From positions 3,453,665-3,517,664 of the forward strand of contig NC_092384.1 in the NCBI RefSeq assembly GCF_030028105.1: 64,000 nt of DNA, in the 5' to 3' direction. The notes beneath the pieces were generated by a model. That model made no database searches. It was not told the DNA's origin and saw only the letters and a program-made list of their open reading frames with translations. A program made the position numbers and the translations under genes. This document shows, piece by piece, positions 50,300 through 62,850 of the stretch. Every line of letters begins with the position of its first letter. The first letter of the stretch is position 1. This DNA is from Mobula birostris (lineage: Eukaryota).

Positions 50300-53200
50300 T
50301 TATTTTAAATTTGCTAATGATACAACGATTGGAGGAGTAGTGGACAGTGAGGAAGGTTTTCAGAGCCTGCAGAGGGATTTGTACCAGCTGGAAAAATAGA
50401 CTGAAAAATGGCAGATGGAGTTTAATACAGACAAGTGTGAGGTATTGCACGTTGGAAGGACAATCAAAGGTAGAACATACAGGGTAAATGGTTAGGCACT
50501 GAGGAGTGCAGTAGGACAGAGGGGTCTGGGAATATAGTCACAAAATTCCCTAAAAGTGGTGTCACAGGTAGACAGGGTCGTAAAGAGATATTTTGGTACA
50601 TTGGCCTTTATAAATCAAACTATTGAGTATAAGACCTGCAATGTTATGGTGAGTTTGTATAAGGCATTGGTGAGGCTGAATTTGGAGTATTTGTACAGTT
50701 TTCGTCACCAAATTACAGGAAGGATATTAATAAGGTTGAAGGAATGCAGAGAAGGTTTACAAGGATGTTGCGGACTTGAGAAATTGAGTTACAGAGAAAG
50801 GTTGAATAGGTTAAAGATGGCGCCGGTAATTGGTAACTTTGCGCGTGCTCTCCGAGCAAACTGCACTCTCCACTATCCTATACCCGATAAACCCTTCTAT
50901 ACCAACAATTCAGCAAGATGAAGATCAACAACATCCTGGCGAAGCTGCTGACCCAGCTGGAGACCACCGCGAGAGAAATGCTTCTTTATCTCCGGACCAC
51001 ACCTGGACCCAACCACCGAGGCCCACCAAGTTCCCAAAGGCCCGCGGCCTGCTACTGTGCGGGAGTACTTGGAGACACGGCCCATTCCGACCAGCACCTT
51101 TCCGGAGCAGACGACCACACAGAAGTGAGGGCGGAAACCTCAAGGTGCCCCAAACGCTTCCCTGGAGCGGCCACCGTAAAGACCCGTTGCAGGCCATACA
51201 CAGTTGCCGGAAGTGAGGCTTCCGCTGCTGACCTCGGAAATCGAGCCCGAGGCTCGACTGAAGCGCAGGCCTCCGCAACTGCGACTCGGCTTGAGGACTT
51301 GCTTCAGCCAGGAGCCCGGCCCTGCGGGATTAAGTGTAGGATTCGGGGCCCGACCCAATCGACAGCCCGGGCCCCGGTCAGCTGGAAGTGGCAGCGGAGC
51401 CTCCCCCGTCACGCGGCCCGATGTGGCGTATCCGACGAAGCGACCCGCCGATCGATCCCCGTGGGACGCGTCCACAAACCTCAAAGAGCTGACAATAACA
51501 CACTGCATCGATGAACACCTGGAAAGATGCACTACTTACCGCGGAAGCGTGGGAAAAGAGCTGGAGGTCAGATTGAAGCTGAGGGGCTTCGGGGTCCCTA
51601 TGCCCACCATCCTACTAGCTAATTTGCAAGCCACAGAGAACAAGGTGGATGACCTTAAAGGGAAACTCACCTACTGCAGGGATATGCAGAACTGCTGTGT
51701 ATTCTGTTTCACCGAGACCTGGCTCTCCCCTGCCACCCCCAACTGTGCCATCCGGCTGGAGAGATTTTCGATCCATTGGATGGACCGCACGGTGTCTTCA
51801 GGCAAGACGAGGGGAGGTGGTGTCTACCTACTGATCAACACTGCGTGGCACTTGGACAGAGTGGCACTGACAAGCTCCTGCTACCTGGACCTGGAACTCC
51901 TGTCGGTGAAGTGTCATCCCTACTTTCTGCCACGGGAATTCACCTCAGTCATACTGTAAGCCGTTTACATTCCACCCCCCCAGGCGGACGTGGAGTGTGC
52001 TCTGAACATACTGTATGCCAACATCAGTGAACTTGAGACCAGGTATCCGGAGGCTTTGCTCATTACAGCAGGGGACTTTAAACAGGCCAACCTCAGAAAG
52101 GCTCTGCCAAAGTTATACCAACACGTCTCCTGCCCGACTAGCGGTCCGAATATACTTGACCACTGATACACAGCAGTCAAGGATGCCTGTTGTTCCATCC
52201 CACCACCTCACTTCAGAAAATGCCATCTCTCTGGCCCTACATTCCTCCTTAGAACACCTGGAGAATAAAGAGGCATACGTAAGACTCTTTTTCATTGACA
52301 ACAGCTCTGCCTTTAATACCATCATTCCAAATAAACTGATTCCTAAGCTCTGAAACCTGGGCCTTAGCAAACAGATCTGCAGCTGGATCTTCAACGTCCT
52401 CAGAGACAGGACCCAGGCTGTAAAAATAGGGGGAAGATCTCCTCTACAATCACTCTGAGCACTTGTGTCCCACAAGGCTGTGCACTCAGCCCCTGCTGTA
52501 CTCACTGTACACCCATAATTGTGTAGCTAAGTTTCCATCAAACTCAATGTATAAGTTTGCTGATGACACAACAATTGTAGGCCATATCTCGGGTAATAAT
52601 GGGTTTGAGGGCAGAGAGGAAATTAAGAACCTGGTGGCATGGCGTGGAAACAATAACCAATCGATTAACGTCAGCAAGACGAAGGAATTGGTTGTTAACT
52701 TCAGAAGGAGTAGCAGACCGCACAACCCAACTTACATCGGTGGTGCGCAAGTGGAACAGGTCAAAAGCTTTAAGTTCCTCGGGGTCAATATCACGAATGA
52801 GCTGACTTGGTCCAACCAAGCAGAGTTCACTGCCATGCAGGCCCACCAGTGCCCTTACTTCCTGAGAACTGTAAAGAAATTTGGCCTGTCCCCTAAAACC
52901 TTCACTAATTTTTATAGATGCACCATAGAAAGCATTCTTCTCGGGTGCATCACAACCTGGTATGGAAGTTGTCCTGTCCAAGGCCGGAAGAAGCTGCAGA
53001 AGATCGTGAAGACGGCGCAGGACATCACACAAACCAATCTTCCGTCCGTGGACTCACTTTACACCGCACGCTGTCGGAGCAGTGCTGCCAGGATAATCAA
53101 GGACACGACCCACCCAGCCAACACACTTTTCGTCCCTCTTCCCTCCGGGAGAAGGTTCAAAAGCTTGAAGACCCGTTCGGCCAGATTTCGGAACAGCTTC

Positions 53201-53935
53201 TTTCCAACTGTGATGAGACTGCTGGACGGATCCTGACCCGGATTTGGGTCGTACCCTCAAAATACCCGGACCTGCCTCTCGTTTTTTTTTTCACTACCTT
53301 ACTTCCCATTTTTCTATTTTCTATTTATGATTAATAATTTATTTTTTTATATTTACTAATTTTAACTATTTTCAATATTTTTAATATTTCACATTTTGTA
53401 ATCCAGGGAGTGTGAGGCGCAGAGTCAAATATCGCTGTGATGATTGTACGTTCTAGTACCAATTGTTTGGCGACAATAAATAATAAAGTATAAAGTGTAA
53501 AGGTTAGGACTTTGTTCCCTGGAGCGTAGAAGAATGAGGGGAGATTTGATAGAGGTATATAAAATTATGATCGGCACAGATAGCATGAATGCAAGCAGGC
53601 TTATTCCATCGATTCTAGGGGAGAAAAAAAAACAAAAAAAACAAAACAGAGTACATGGGTTAAGGGTGAAGGGGGAAAGGTTTAAAGGGAACATGGGGGC
53701 GGGGGGGGGCTTCTTCACACAGAGGGTGGTGGGAGTGTGGGATAAACTGCCAGATGAAGTGGTAAATGTGGACTCACCTTTAACATTTAAGAAAAATTTG
53801 GACAGGGACATTGGTGAGAGGCGTATGGAAGGATATGTTCCAGGTCAGGTCAGTGGGACCGCGCAGAAAAATGATTTGGCACAGACAAGAAGGGCGAAAA
53901 TGCCTGTTTCTGTGCTGTAATGTTCTATGGTTCTA
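50300..53935 (+). mobile_element. CR1 3' fragment split by a Rex1 insertion (50300-50813 and 53501-53935)
   Basis: The CR1 ORF2 C-terminus (LSYRERLNRL | GLCSLERRRMRGDLIEVYK) is continuous once the insert is removed. Confidence 0.85.
50814..53500 (+). mobile_element. Rex1/Babar LINE with intact-looking 5' end and an internal deletion
   Basis: TSD AGGTTA (50808-50813 and 53501-53506). Starts AAGATGGCGCC. APE (CVFCFTETWL, RGGGVYLLIN), RT (KFADDTTIVG) and a jump from EN to RT at ~52215. Confidence 0.88.
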
Positions 53936-54079
53936 AAATAAGCTATATTCACTTGCTGTCCTTCCTTCATCCTTTAAGAAAACCATAATTTCAAAACGAA
54001 AGGAAAGAAAAAAACATATATAGTAGCCGTTCCTTGTTCAATGCTCAACACTTCTTAAAAAGAGTATCACTTGACATCT

Positions 54080-56170
54080 GCCACGTCACTTTGGCAGGAT
54101 AGAGTCAGACTTATAGAGAAGTACAGGACAGAAACAGACCCTTTGGCATATCTTGTCCATGAGGAAACCACTGAGATTGCCTACTTCCATTGACCGGCAC
54201 AGGGCCATAGCTCTCCAGGCCCCTACTCCTGACCCACCAATCTAAATTTCTCTTAAACGTTGAATTCGAACTCACCTGCACCATTTGTGCGTAGAGCTCT
54301 TTCCACACTCCAACGACCCGCTGTGTGAAGACGTTTCCCCCCATGTTCTCCTTAACCGTTTTACTTTTCATTCTTAACCAATGACCAGTGGTTATAGTGC
54401 CACACTGTGACAAAATCACAGTGCGAACCTATCCTGTCACTACTGTCGGATACGCCCCAAGTGCAGAGAGGACACTGAAGCAGAGAGTAGTTTAATGGAA
54501 AAGAAAACAAACGCTAGGCCAAACAGGGCTGTGGGCTAAAACTCTCAAACGGAAAACTAGATACCAACACCACAGCATAAGTGAAGGGCTAAATACAAAA
54601 TGAATACTTTGGTATACAATTCTTCAGCCCCAGTCCACTCGATAGTTCGTTTTATCAGGCCAGGCCAAATCCAAGTAGGCAGCGTAACTTTTCCGTACTT
54701 TCCTCGAGTCTCGGCAAGCGCTACTGCAAAAAGGGTGTTAAATACCGCAACAATAAAATGATAATTAGCTGACACACGTATCTTCACAACCGCAGTGGCC
54801 GAATTCGCTGCGCTGCCGAGTCCGTGATTGTGACACTATTCAGTCTTTTCATATAATTCAGGTCCTCCAGATCTGGCCATATCGTTGTAAGTTTTCTCTT
54901 GTAGAAAGGTATTTTCCCTGCAGGTAAATAATCAAAACTGCACACTATACTCCAAATTAGGCGTCATCAATATCCTATTCAACGTCAACATAACATCCCA
55001 CTTCCTGTACTCGATCTTTAATTTATGAAGGCTAACGTGCCAAAAGCTTCCTTTACGGCCTTATCTACTTGTATTGGCACTGTGAACAAGTTATGTACGT
55101 GTATTCCCGTATCCATTTGTTCTCCCACACTACCCAGTGCCTAATTTTCACTGTGTAAGACCTATCATGGTTGTTCCTACTGAAGTGCAAAATCTCGCAT
55201 TTGTCGGCATTAAATTTCATCTGACATTTTTCAGTCAATTTTCCCATCTGATGTGGATCCCGCTGCAAGCCACGATAGCCTTCCTCACCATCGACTACAC
55301 CCCCAGTCTTGGTGTCATCCGTAAATTTGCTGATCAACTTAACCACATTATTCTCTAGATCATTGATTTACATGACAAAAATCAAGCGACCCAGCGCCGA
55401 TCCCTGCGGCACACAACTAGGCACAGGGCTGCAGTCAGAGAGACAACCCTCTACTCACACTCTCTGGCTTTTCATCAGTTACAATGTCTAATCCAAATAC
55501 AACATCATTGTGAATGGCAAGCGGCTGAACATTCTTGGGTAGTATTCCATGCGGGACCTTTTCAAATGCCTTACTAAAGCCTATGGTAGACAATATCCAC
55601 GGTCTTGTCTTCATCCACTTTCCAAGCAATTTCGTAGAAAATCTCTATAACATTGTCTCGACATGACCTACCATGCATGCGAAGCCATGCTGGCTATCCT
55701 TAATCTGTCCGTGTCTAATCATATCTTTATATATCCTGTGCCTTATAATATCCTCCAGTATCTTTTCAACAATTTATGTCAGACTCCCGGGCCTATGGTT
55801 AGAACCTTTTTATACGGTGGAACTGCATGGGCTGTACACCAATCCTCTAGATCCTCTAATAATGATTTAAATATCTCTGCAATTTATGCACTTGCCTCCC
55901 GTAGTGTGAGGGAACATCCTGGCAGGACCCTAGGACTTATCCAGCCTGATTTTCCTCAGAATAGGACACACCTCTCTCCCTGTAGTCGGCATGGTCACGA
56001 AGTTGATGCTACTTTGCTTCACTTCTATAGACTTTGTCTCCGTCTCCTGTATAAAATGATACAACATGATCTCACACATTTCCTCCAAGTTCCCTTTCAC
56101 TGCTTTAAATTTCTGTGCTCGCATTCGTACTCATTGCACTTCGTTTGTATTACAGCTAGGCTTGCTAAGT
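54080..56170 (-). mobile_element. Degenerate CR1 fragments (54080-54400 and ~54850-56170)
   Basis: Remnants such as KFTDDTKTGG, FSKAFEKVPH and FTQRVVGVW. Confidence 0.7.
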
Positions 56171-56539
56171 ATGTCCATTAAACCTTTTTTGGCTCGATTT
56201 CAACTCGTACTTTATTGGAAAAAAAACGGTACTCCGTGCACCTGACACCAGTATGTTGTTTATAATTGAGGCATTACTTCCCTAACTCTGTATTAAATCA
56301 ACACAGCAAGAAACTACAAACTTGCACTGGCACTTTAATTACGTGCATCACGTAGTAGTAGCCTTTTGTGAATAATGAATAAGGACATTCAGATCATTCT
56401 ATGTTTTAAGACTTTGCAAGCTTTCAGATATTTGCTGACAAAATACACAAAAGTTGACGAGAGTTCAAATAACTGATACAGAAATAAGTGACTCGACATT
56501 TGAATGGATTTGAAAATCCGACAGGAAATTCAGCCACAA

Positions 56540-58081
56540 TGTCACAATGGGGTGCTGGGGACGGACCCAAATGTGAGACACAGACACTGACGTACAAGGA
56601 ACAGGACTTGACTGGAGACAGGATGCAGGCAAGGAACAGGCACAAGAACGCAGACTGGGGCTAGGGAAAGCGGGACCAGGACTAGAAACCATGGACTAGG
56701 AGGCAAGGCTTCGACTCCGAGCCTGAGACTGGACAAGGACCCGGAACCTGGGTCTTGCCTCGGGCTCGGACTCCAGAACCAGGCGAGGACATGACATGGC
56801 TTCAGGATAGGACGTGGCTGGGGTGTAGAGGCCTGAGCTTGGAACAGGCTGGGGCCATTGCTCTTGAGGCCTAAGCTTGGAACGGGCTGGCTCCATTGCT
56901 CTTGAGGCTTGACGGTGGGGTCTTGGGTCTTGAGCTTTGCTTGACGCTGCGGTCTTGTGTTTTGAGCTTGGTTTGAGACTGGGGTCTTGTCTTCAGCTTG
57001 GCTTAAGGCTGGGTTCTTGGGTCTTGAGTTTGGCCTAAGGCTGGTGTCTTGGGTCTTGAGCTAGGCTTTAGGCTGGAGTCTTGGGTCTTGAGCTTGGCTT
57101 GGGATCCTCCAGGCTTCGGATCTTGGAGCTTGGCTGCGGGATTTTCGAGGCGTGGGTTCTTGGAGCTTGGCTGTGGGATCGTCGAGGCTTGCGTTCATGG
57201 AGCTTGGCTGCTGGATCGTCGAGGCTTGAGTTCTTGGAGCTTGGCTGCGGGATGTTCGAGGCTTCGGTTCTTGGAGCTTGGCTACCGGATCGTCGAGGCT
57301 TGAGTTCTTGGAACTTGGCTGCCGGGATCGTCGAGGCTAGAGTTTTTGGAGCTCAAAGACAGACTAGGAACCGAACATCAACATAGTGTCGGGACTTATC
57401 CTTCGACAAGTCGAGACTCATCTTTAACACGACAGGAACATGAAACAGGACAGAACATAGACATAGAGCCGGGACTTATCCGAAGACAAGCCGGGACTCA
57501 ACTTCATCTTGACACCAAGGTGGGACAGGTCCCTCTGTCAGGTAACGACAGAAAGCCCTGACTCACCCAACGGGGGCAAAGACAAGACAAGACGGATTCC
57601 CCCGCAGGGAAACAGCTAAACGGCCTGTTTACCCCACGGAGGTGAGAAAAAGAAGAGACAAACACCAAAAAACAACAGACAGTTCCGTCGCTGCTCCGGG
57701 GACACTCCATGTCTCATTTTGGCCATCAACCTCAGCTGGCTACGGAAACAGCCGGATCCCTACTTAGCTGGGAGTGACTGGCAGCCACTCTGCTGGCCCA
57801 GGAAACAGCCGAATTCCATGCAGCAAAGACAGCTCCGACTACCGACAGCAAGGCTCCATGAAGCGATGGTTCTCCAATCCCCAACAGGGCCTAAAGATGA
57901 CAAGTGGCTCCTCAAACCTCCCACCAGAAGGTTGCTCCCAGATGTATTTCAAGCCCAAAGATGGGAATCAGCTGCCCATGATTAACTCAATGAAACGAGG
58001 GACAGCTGGAAGAACCGGAGTCCTGAGTAGACAGATCGAACCATGAACCGGAATGCGGATTTCACGGACCAGACCATGACA
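56540..58081 (-). mobile_element. Solo LTR (same sushi-type family) with internal tandem repeats
   Basis: Termini TGTCA...TGACA with a perfect TSD CACAA (56535-56539 and 58082-58086). Imperfect repeats (ttcttggagcttggctgcgggat...) at ~56850-57350. Confidence 0.88.
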
Positions 58082-58109
58082 CACAAGAGTTGTGCTGATC
58101 AAAAGTTAT

Positions 58110-59520
58110 AACATAGAACTTAGAATAATACAGCACAGTACAGGCCCTTCGGCCACTTTCCTCTGCCGACCTCAAACCCTAAGTCCCATATAACCCCCCA
58201 GCTTAAACTCCTCCATACACCTGTCTAGTAGTCGCTTAAACTTCACTAGTGTATCTGCCTCCACCACTGACTCAGGCAGTGGATTCCACTCACCAACTAC
58301 TCTTTGAGTAAAATGCCGTCCTCTACTATCACCCTTGCAATTCCCACCCCTCAACTTAAAACCAAGTCCACTTGTATTGAGCAGTGGTGCCCTGGGGAAC
58401 AGGCGCAGGCTATCCACACTATCTGTTAATTTAATATATTGTATACCTCTACCATGTCTCGTCTTATCCTCCTTCTCTCCAAAGAGTAAAACTCTAGCTC
58501 CCTTAATCTTTGATCATAATCCATACTCTCCAAACCAAGCAGCATTCTGGAAAATCTCCTCTGTACCCTTTCCAATGCTTCCACATCCCTCCTACAGTGA
58601 GTCGACCAGAACTGGACACAGTAGTCCAAGTGTGGCCTAACCAGAGTTTTATGGAGCTGCATCATTACCTCGCGACTCTTAAACGCTATCCATTGACATA
58701 TGAAAGCTAACATAAGCTTTCTTAACTACCCTATCTACCAGTGAGGCAACCTCCAGGAATCTGTGGACATGTACCCCCCGATCCCTCTGTTACTCCACAC
58801 TACCAACTATCCTGCCATTTACTTTGTACTCTGCCTTGGAGTTTGTCCTTCCAAAGTGTACCACCTCACACTTCTCCGGGTTGAAGTCCATCTGCCACTG
58901 CTCAGCCCAGTTCTGCATCCTATCAATGTCTCTCTGCAATCTTCGACAATCCTCTACACTATCTACAACACCACCAACCTTCGTATCGTCTGCAAACATG
59001 CCATCTCACCCTTCTACCCGATATCCAGGTCGTTAATAAAACCCACGAAAAGCACCGATCCTTGTGGGACACCACTGGTCCCAACCCTCCATTCTGAATG
59101 CAGTCCCTCCACCACGAGCCTCTGCCTTCTGCAGGCAAGCCAATTCAGAATCAACCTGGCCAAACTTCCCTGGAGTCCATGCATTCTGACTTTCTGATTA
59201 AGTCTACCGTGTGGAACCTTGTCAAATGCCTTACTAAAATCCATATAGATCACTTCCGCTGCACTACCCTCATCTATATGCTTGGTCACCTCTTCAAATA
59301 CCTCTATCAGGCTTGTTAGACACGATCTGCCCTTCACAAAGTCATGCTGTGTCCGTCATCAGACCATGATTCTCTAAATGCCCATAGATCATATCTCTAA
59401 GAGTCTCTTCCAACAGCTTTCCCACCACAGACGTAAGCCTCATTGGTCTATAATTAGCCGCCCTATACCTACTACCTTTTTTGAGCAAGGGGACAGCATT
59501 TGCCTCCCTCCCATCCTCCA
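58110..59520 (-). mobile_element. 5'-truncated CR1
   Basis: RT fragments (YMDFSKAFDKVPH, FADDTKVGG, RPHLDYCVQFWS). Confidence 0.88.
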
Positions 59521-60276
59521 ATTAGCCGTATGAATTACCGATAACTTATTGAGTATTCACTGAAATAGATTGCCTTAGGACAGGCAACACAGGATACAAC
59601 AACACAACAATCCAATATATAGATTCAACAGGGAACAGAATATATTGGGAGATTGCTACCGTCATATCATTAAACTAATATGGATATCTATTGTGAGTAT
59701 GCATGTAATGTTTTCTCAATTTATGCTTATTATGAGGACACTTTTGGATAGAACTCACCGAATGCGAAACATTTATTTAAAACCAACTTTCCTCTTCCGG
59801 TTTTCAACCTGACCAGCCTATGTTTCGTAAGACATTTCAAAATATCTCGGTTTAGCCTGTAGTGATCGTCAGTTATTTGCTCCATTCTAGCCTATCAGAT
59901 TAAAGTCGTAAATTAGATGCCCCGTGCTTATAGGTTTGAAGATAAAATGCCTGCCATTCCGTCAGAAATAAGAGTACTTATGCTGTTGAATGAAACCATG
60001 CTGTGGACTGCGTCTAATGAAGGCAATGGCACAGGGCCTCACGTTAGCAAAACAGCCAAGTTGCATTAATCGTATCACCAACTGTCTTTAAGGTGTATTT
60101 TTGCATCCTTAAACGTAGGATGAAAGACACTGAAGTCAATTGGTTTTATCTTCAAGCTACCATCACGCCACTCTCTTAAGATCAATCGCACTGCTGAAAA
60201 CACTTTAACCGTCATGCGTCGTAATGTTTCCGACGACTGTGTCAAAACTTCGAGTTTTGTCAGTTCTGTTTCAAAA

Positions 60277-60319
60277 ATGAATCTTTTCTTGTTAGTGATC
60301 TTCAATATTATTTATCCAG
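60277..60319 (+). CDS. Leader (signal peptide) exon MNLFLLVIFNIIYP
   Basis: ATG in an aaaaATG context, 14 mostly hydrophobic codons plus 1 nt, donor CCAG|gtaaag. Phase 1 matches the V exon. Confidence 0.72.
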
Positions 60320-60444
60320 GTAAAGTATACGTTTCCCTATCTCCCTTGTGGAAAAAAGTAAACAGTAAGTAATCCAGCGCTGGAAACTTAAAACCACTTT
60401 AATATTGTAGATGTTTGAAATATGTAGTTCATTGCCGATAACTT

Positions 60445-61790
60445 CATTAGCACATTTGGAAAGCAGTGAAATGATCGGATAAAGTCAGCATGGATTCGTG
60501 AAAGGAAAATCATGTCTGACGAATCTCATAGAATTTTTTGAGGATGTAACTAGTAGAGTGGATAGGGGAGAACCAGTGGATGTGGTATATTTGGATTTTC
60601 AGAAGGCTTTTGACAAGGTCCCACACAGGAGATTAGTGTGCAAACTTAAAGCACACGGTATTGGGGGTAAGGTATTAGTGTGGGTGGAGAGTTGGTTAGC
60701 AGACAGGAAGCAAAGAGTGGGAATAAACGGGACCTTTTCAGAATGGCAGGCGGTGAATGGTGGGGTACCGCAAGGCTCAGTGCTGGGACCCCAGTTGTTT
60801 ACAATATATATTAATGACTTGGATGAGGGAATTAAAGGCAGCATCTCCAAGTTTGCGGATGACACGAAGCTGGGTGGCAGTGTTAGCTGTGAGGAGGATG
60901 CTAAGAGGATACAGAGTGACTTGGATAGGTTGGGTGAGTGGGCAAATTCATGGCAGATGCAATTTAATGTGGATAAATGTGAAGTTATCCACTTTGGTGG
61001 CAAAAATAGGAAAACAGATTATTATCTGAATGGTGGCCGATTAGGAAAAGGGGAGGTGCAACGAGACCTGGGTGTCATTATACACCAGTCATTGAAAGTG
61101 GGCATGCAAGTACAGCAGGCGGTGAAAAAGGCGAATGGTATGCTGGCATTTATAGCGAGAGGATTCGAGTACAGGAGCAGGGAGGTACTACTGCAGTTGT
61201 ACAAGGCCTTGGTGAGACCACACCTGGAGTATTGTGTGCAGTTTTGGTCCCCTAATCTGAGGAAAGACATCCTTGCCGTAGAGGGAGTACAAAGAAGGTT
61301 CACCAGATTGATTCCTGGGATGGCAGGACTTTCATATGAAGAAAGACTGGATGAACTGGTCTTGTACTCGTTGGAATTTAGAAGATTGAGGGGGGATCTG
61401 ATTGAAACGTATAAAATCCTAAAGGGATTGGATAGGCTAGATGCAGGAAGATTGCTCCCGATGTTGGGGAAGTCCAGAACGAGGGGTCAAAGTTTGAGGA
61501 TAGAGGGGAAGCCTTTTAGGACCGAGATTGGGAAAAACTTCTTCACACAGAGAGTGGTGAATCTGTGGAATTCTCTGCCACAGGAAACAGTTGAGGCCAG
61601 TTCATTGGCTATATTTAAGAGGGAGTTAGATATGGCCCTTGTGGCTACGGGGGTCAGGGGATATGGAGGGAAGGCTGGGGCGGGGTTCTGAGTTGGATGA
61701 TCAGCCATGATCATAATGAACGGCAGTGCAGGCTCGAAGGGCCGAATGGCCTACTCCTGCACCTATTTTCTATGTTTCTATGTTTCTAAG
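60445..61790 (+). mobile_element. Young 5'-truncated CR1 in intron 1, with an uninterrupted 397-aa RT reading frame
   Basis: ORF 60498-61691 has no stops and all CR1 RT motifs; (ctatgttt)n tail. Confidence 0.95.
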
Positions 61791-61959
61791 TAGGTGTTGT
61801 GGCTGTTAGCACGTGGTAACTGGTAAAATAAATTAATATTATGATGTGCAAAAAAATAAAAGTTGTATTCTCACGTATCTATGCTTGAAGATGAAATTGT
61901 TCATTCACATACTGTGTATCTACGGCTATATGTATTAATTTCCATTCTTTACCACACAG

Positions 61960-62280
61960 CCGTGACAGAAGTACGGAACAAGGTTTTGCAATTCCCTGTC
62001 AGGACAAACGTGATCATTGGTGGAAGCGTCACTTTCTACTGTGCTTTCCCACTCCTCCAAGATAACTCAGATCTAAATGTTGTCTGGTGGAAACTAGGGG
62101 GAAACAATTTTCTGCAGACTTGGCTGGACAGCAGGAAATATGTCCCTACTTTAAGTAACGGGGAGGCTTCTTTTCAGCTCATAAACGTCAGTGCCGCAGG
62201 CACGGGAGTATATTATTTTGGGGTGAAACGTCGAGATCATTCAATAATAAATGGAACTGGGTCAAAACTCGTGGTCCATG
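61960..62280 (+). CDS. VJ-type Ig V-set domain exon of a SIRP-like/antigen-receptor-like IgSF gene
   Basis: Acceptor ccattctttaccacacag and donor G|gtaagc. 321 nt, phase 1-1, open. Motifs VLQFP, GGSVTFYC, VVWW, ASFQLINV, GVYYF and the J-like GTGSKLVV. Confidence 0.9.
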
Positions 62281-62434
62281 GTAAGCAGAAATTATTAAAA
62301 TTTATACCAAAATAAAGTAAAGAAAGTTCACTTCGAGTTCTCTTATAATAACAACCTAAATTTTATGCAAAAAAAATCTGGTTTCTATTCCCACATAAGT
62401 TGTCTGTCTTCTTAGTGTTTCCAGATTTTATTTT

Positions 62435-62850
62435 TTTCTATTCCCTGGAGCGTAGAAGAATGAGGGGAGATTTGATGGAGGTATATAAATTTATGATGGG
62501 TATAGATAAAGTGAATGCAAGCAGGCCTTTTCCACTGAGGCAAGGGGAGAAAAAAAAAAACAGAGGACATGGGTTAAGGGTAAGGGGGGAAACGTGTAAA
62601 GGGAACATGGGGGCGGTTCTTCACACAGAGAGTGGTGGGTGTATGGAATGAGCTGCCAGACGAGGTGGTAAATGAGTTTTTTTTTAACATTTAAGAATAA
62701 ATTGTACAGATACATGGATGAGAAGTGTATAGAGGAATATGGTCCGTGTGCAGGTCAGTGGCACAAGGCAGAAAATGGTTCGGCACAGCCAAGAAGGGCC
62801 AAACGGCCTGTTTCTGTGCTGTAGCTTTTTCTATGGTTTTTCTATGGTTT
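62435..62850 (+). mobile_element. CR1 3' fragment in intron 2
   Basis: LERRRMRGDLMEVYK and a CR1 3' UTR/tail. Confidence 0.85.

Noticed and set aside
54406-54835. TG...CA-bounded 430-bp segment as a solo LTR
   Set aside because: Plausible, but the flanks (cacac/ctatt) show no TSD and there is no second copy in the window.
60498-61691. 397-aa RT ORF as a domesticated gene or active element
   Set aside because: It is a 5'-truncated CR1 lacking ORF1 and endonuclease. The open frame reflects young age.
7286-61714. Many short antisense ORFs (e.g. MPGINLVNLLCTPS..., MIMADHP...)
   Set aside because: These are recurrent shadow frames of CR1/Rex1 ORF2 copies, not genes.
61863-62315. Single-exon 150-aa protein, or NCR3/NKp30 orthologue
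   Set aside because: The ORF ends are intronic read-through past clear splice sites. A downstream C1 exon argues against NKp30 architecture, so no gene symbol was assigned.
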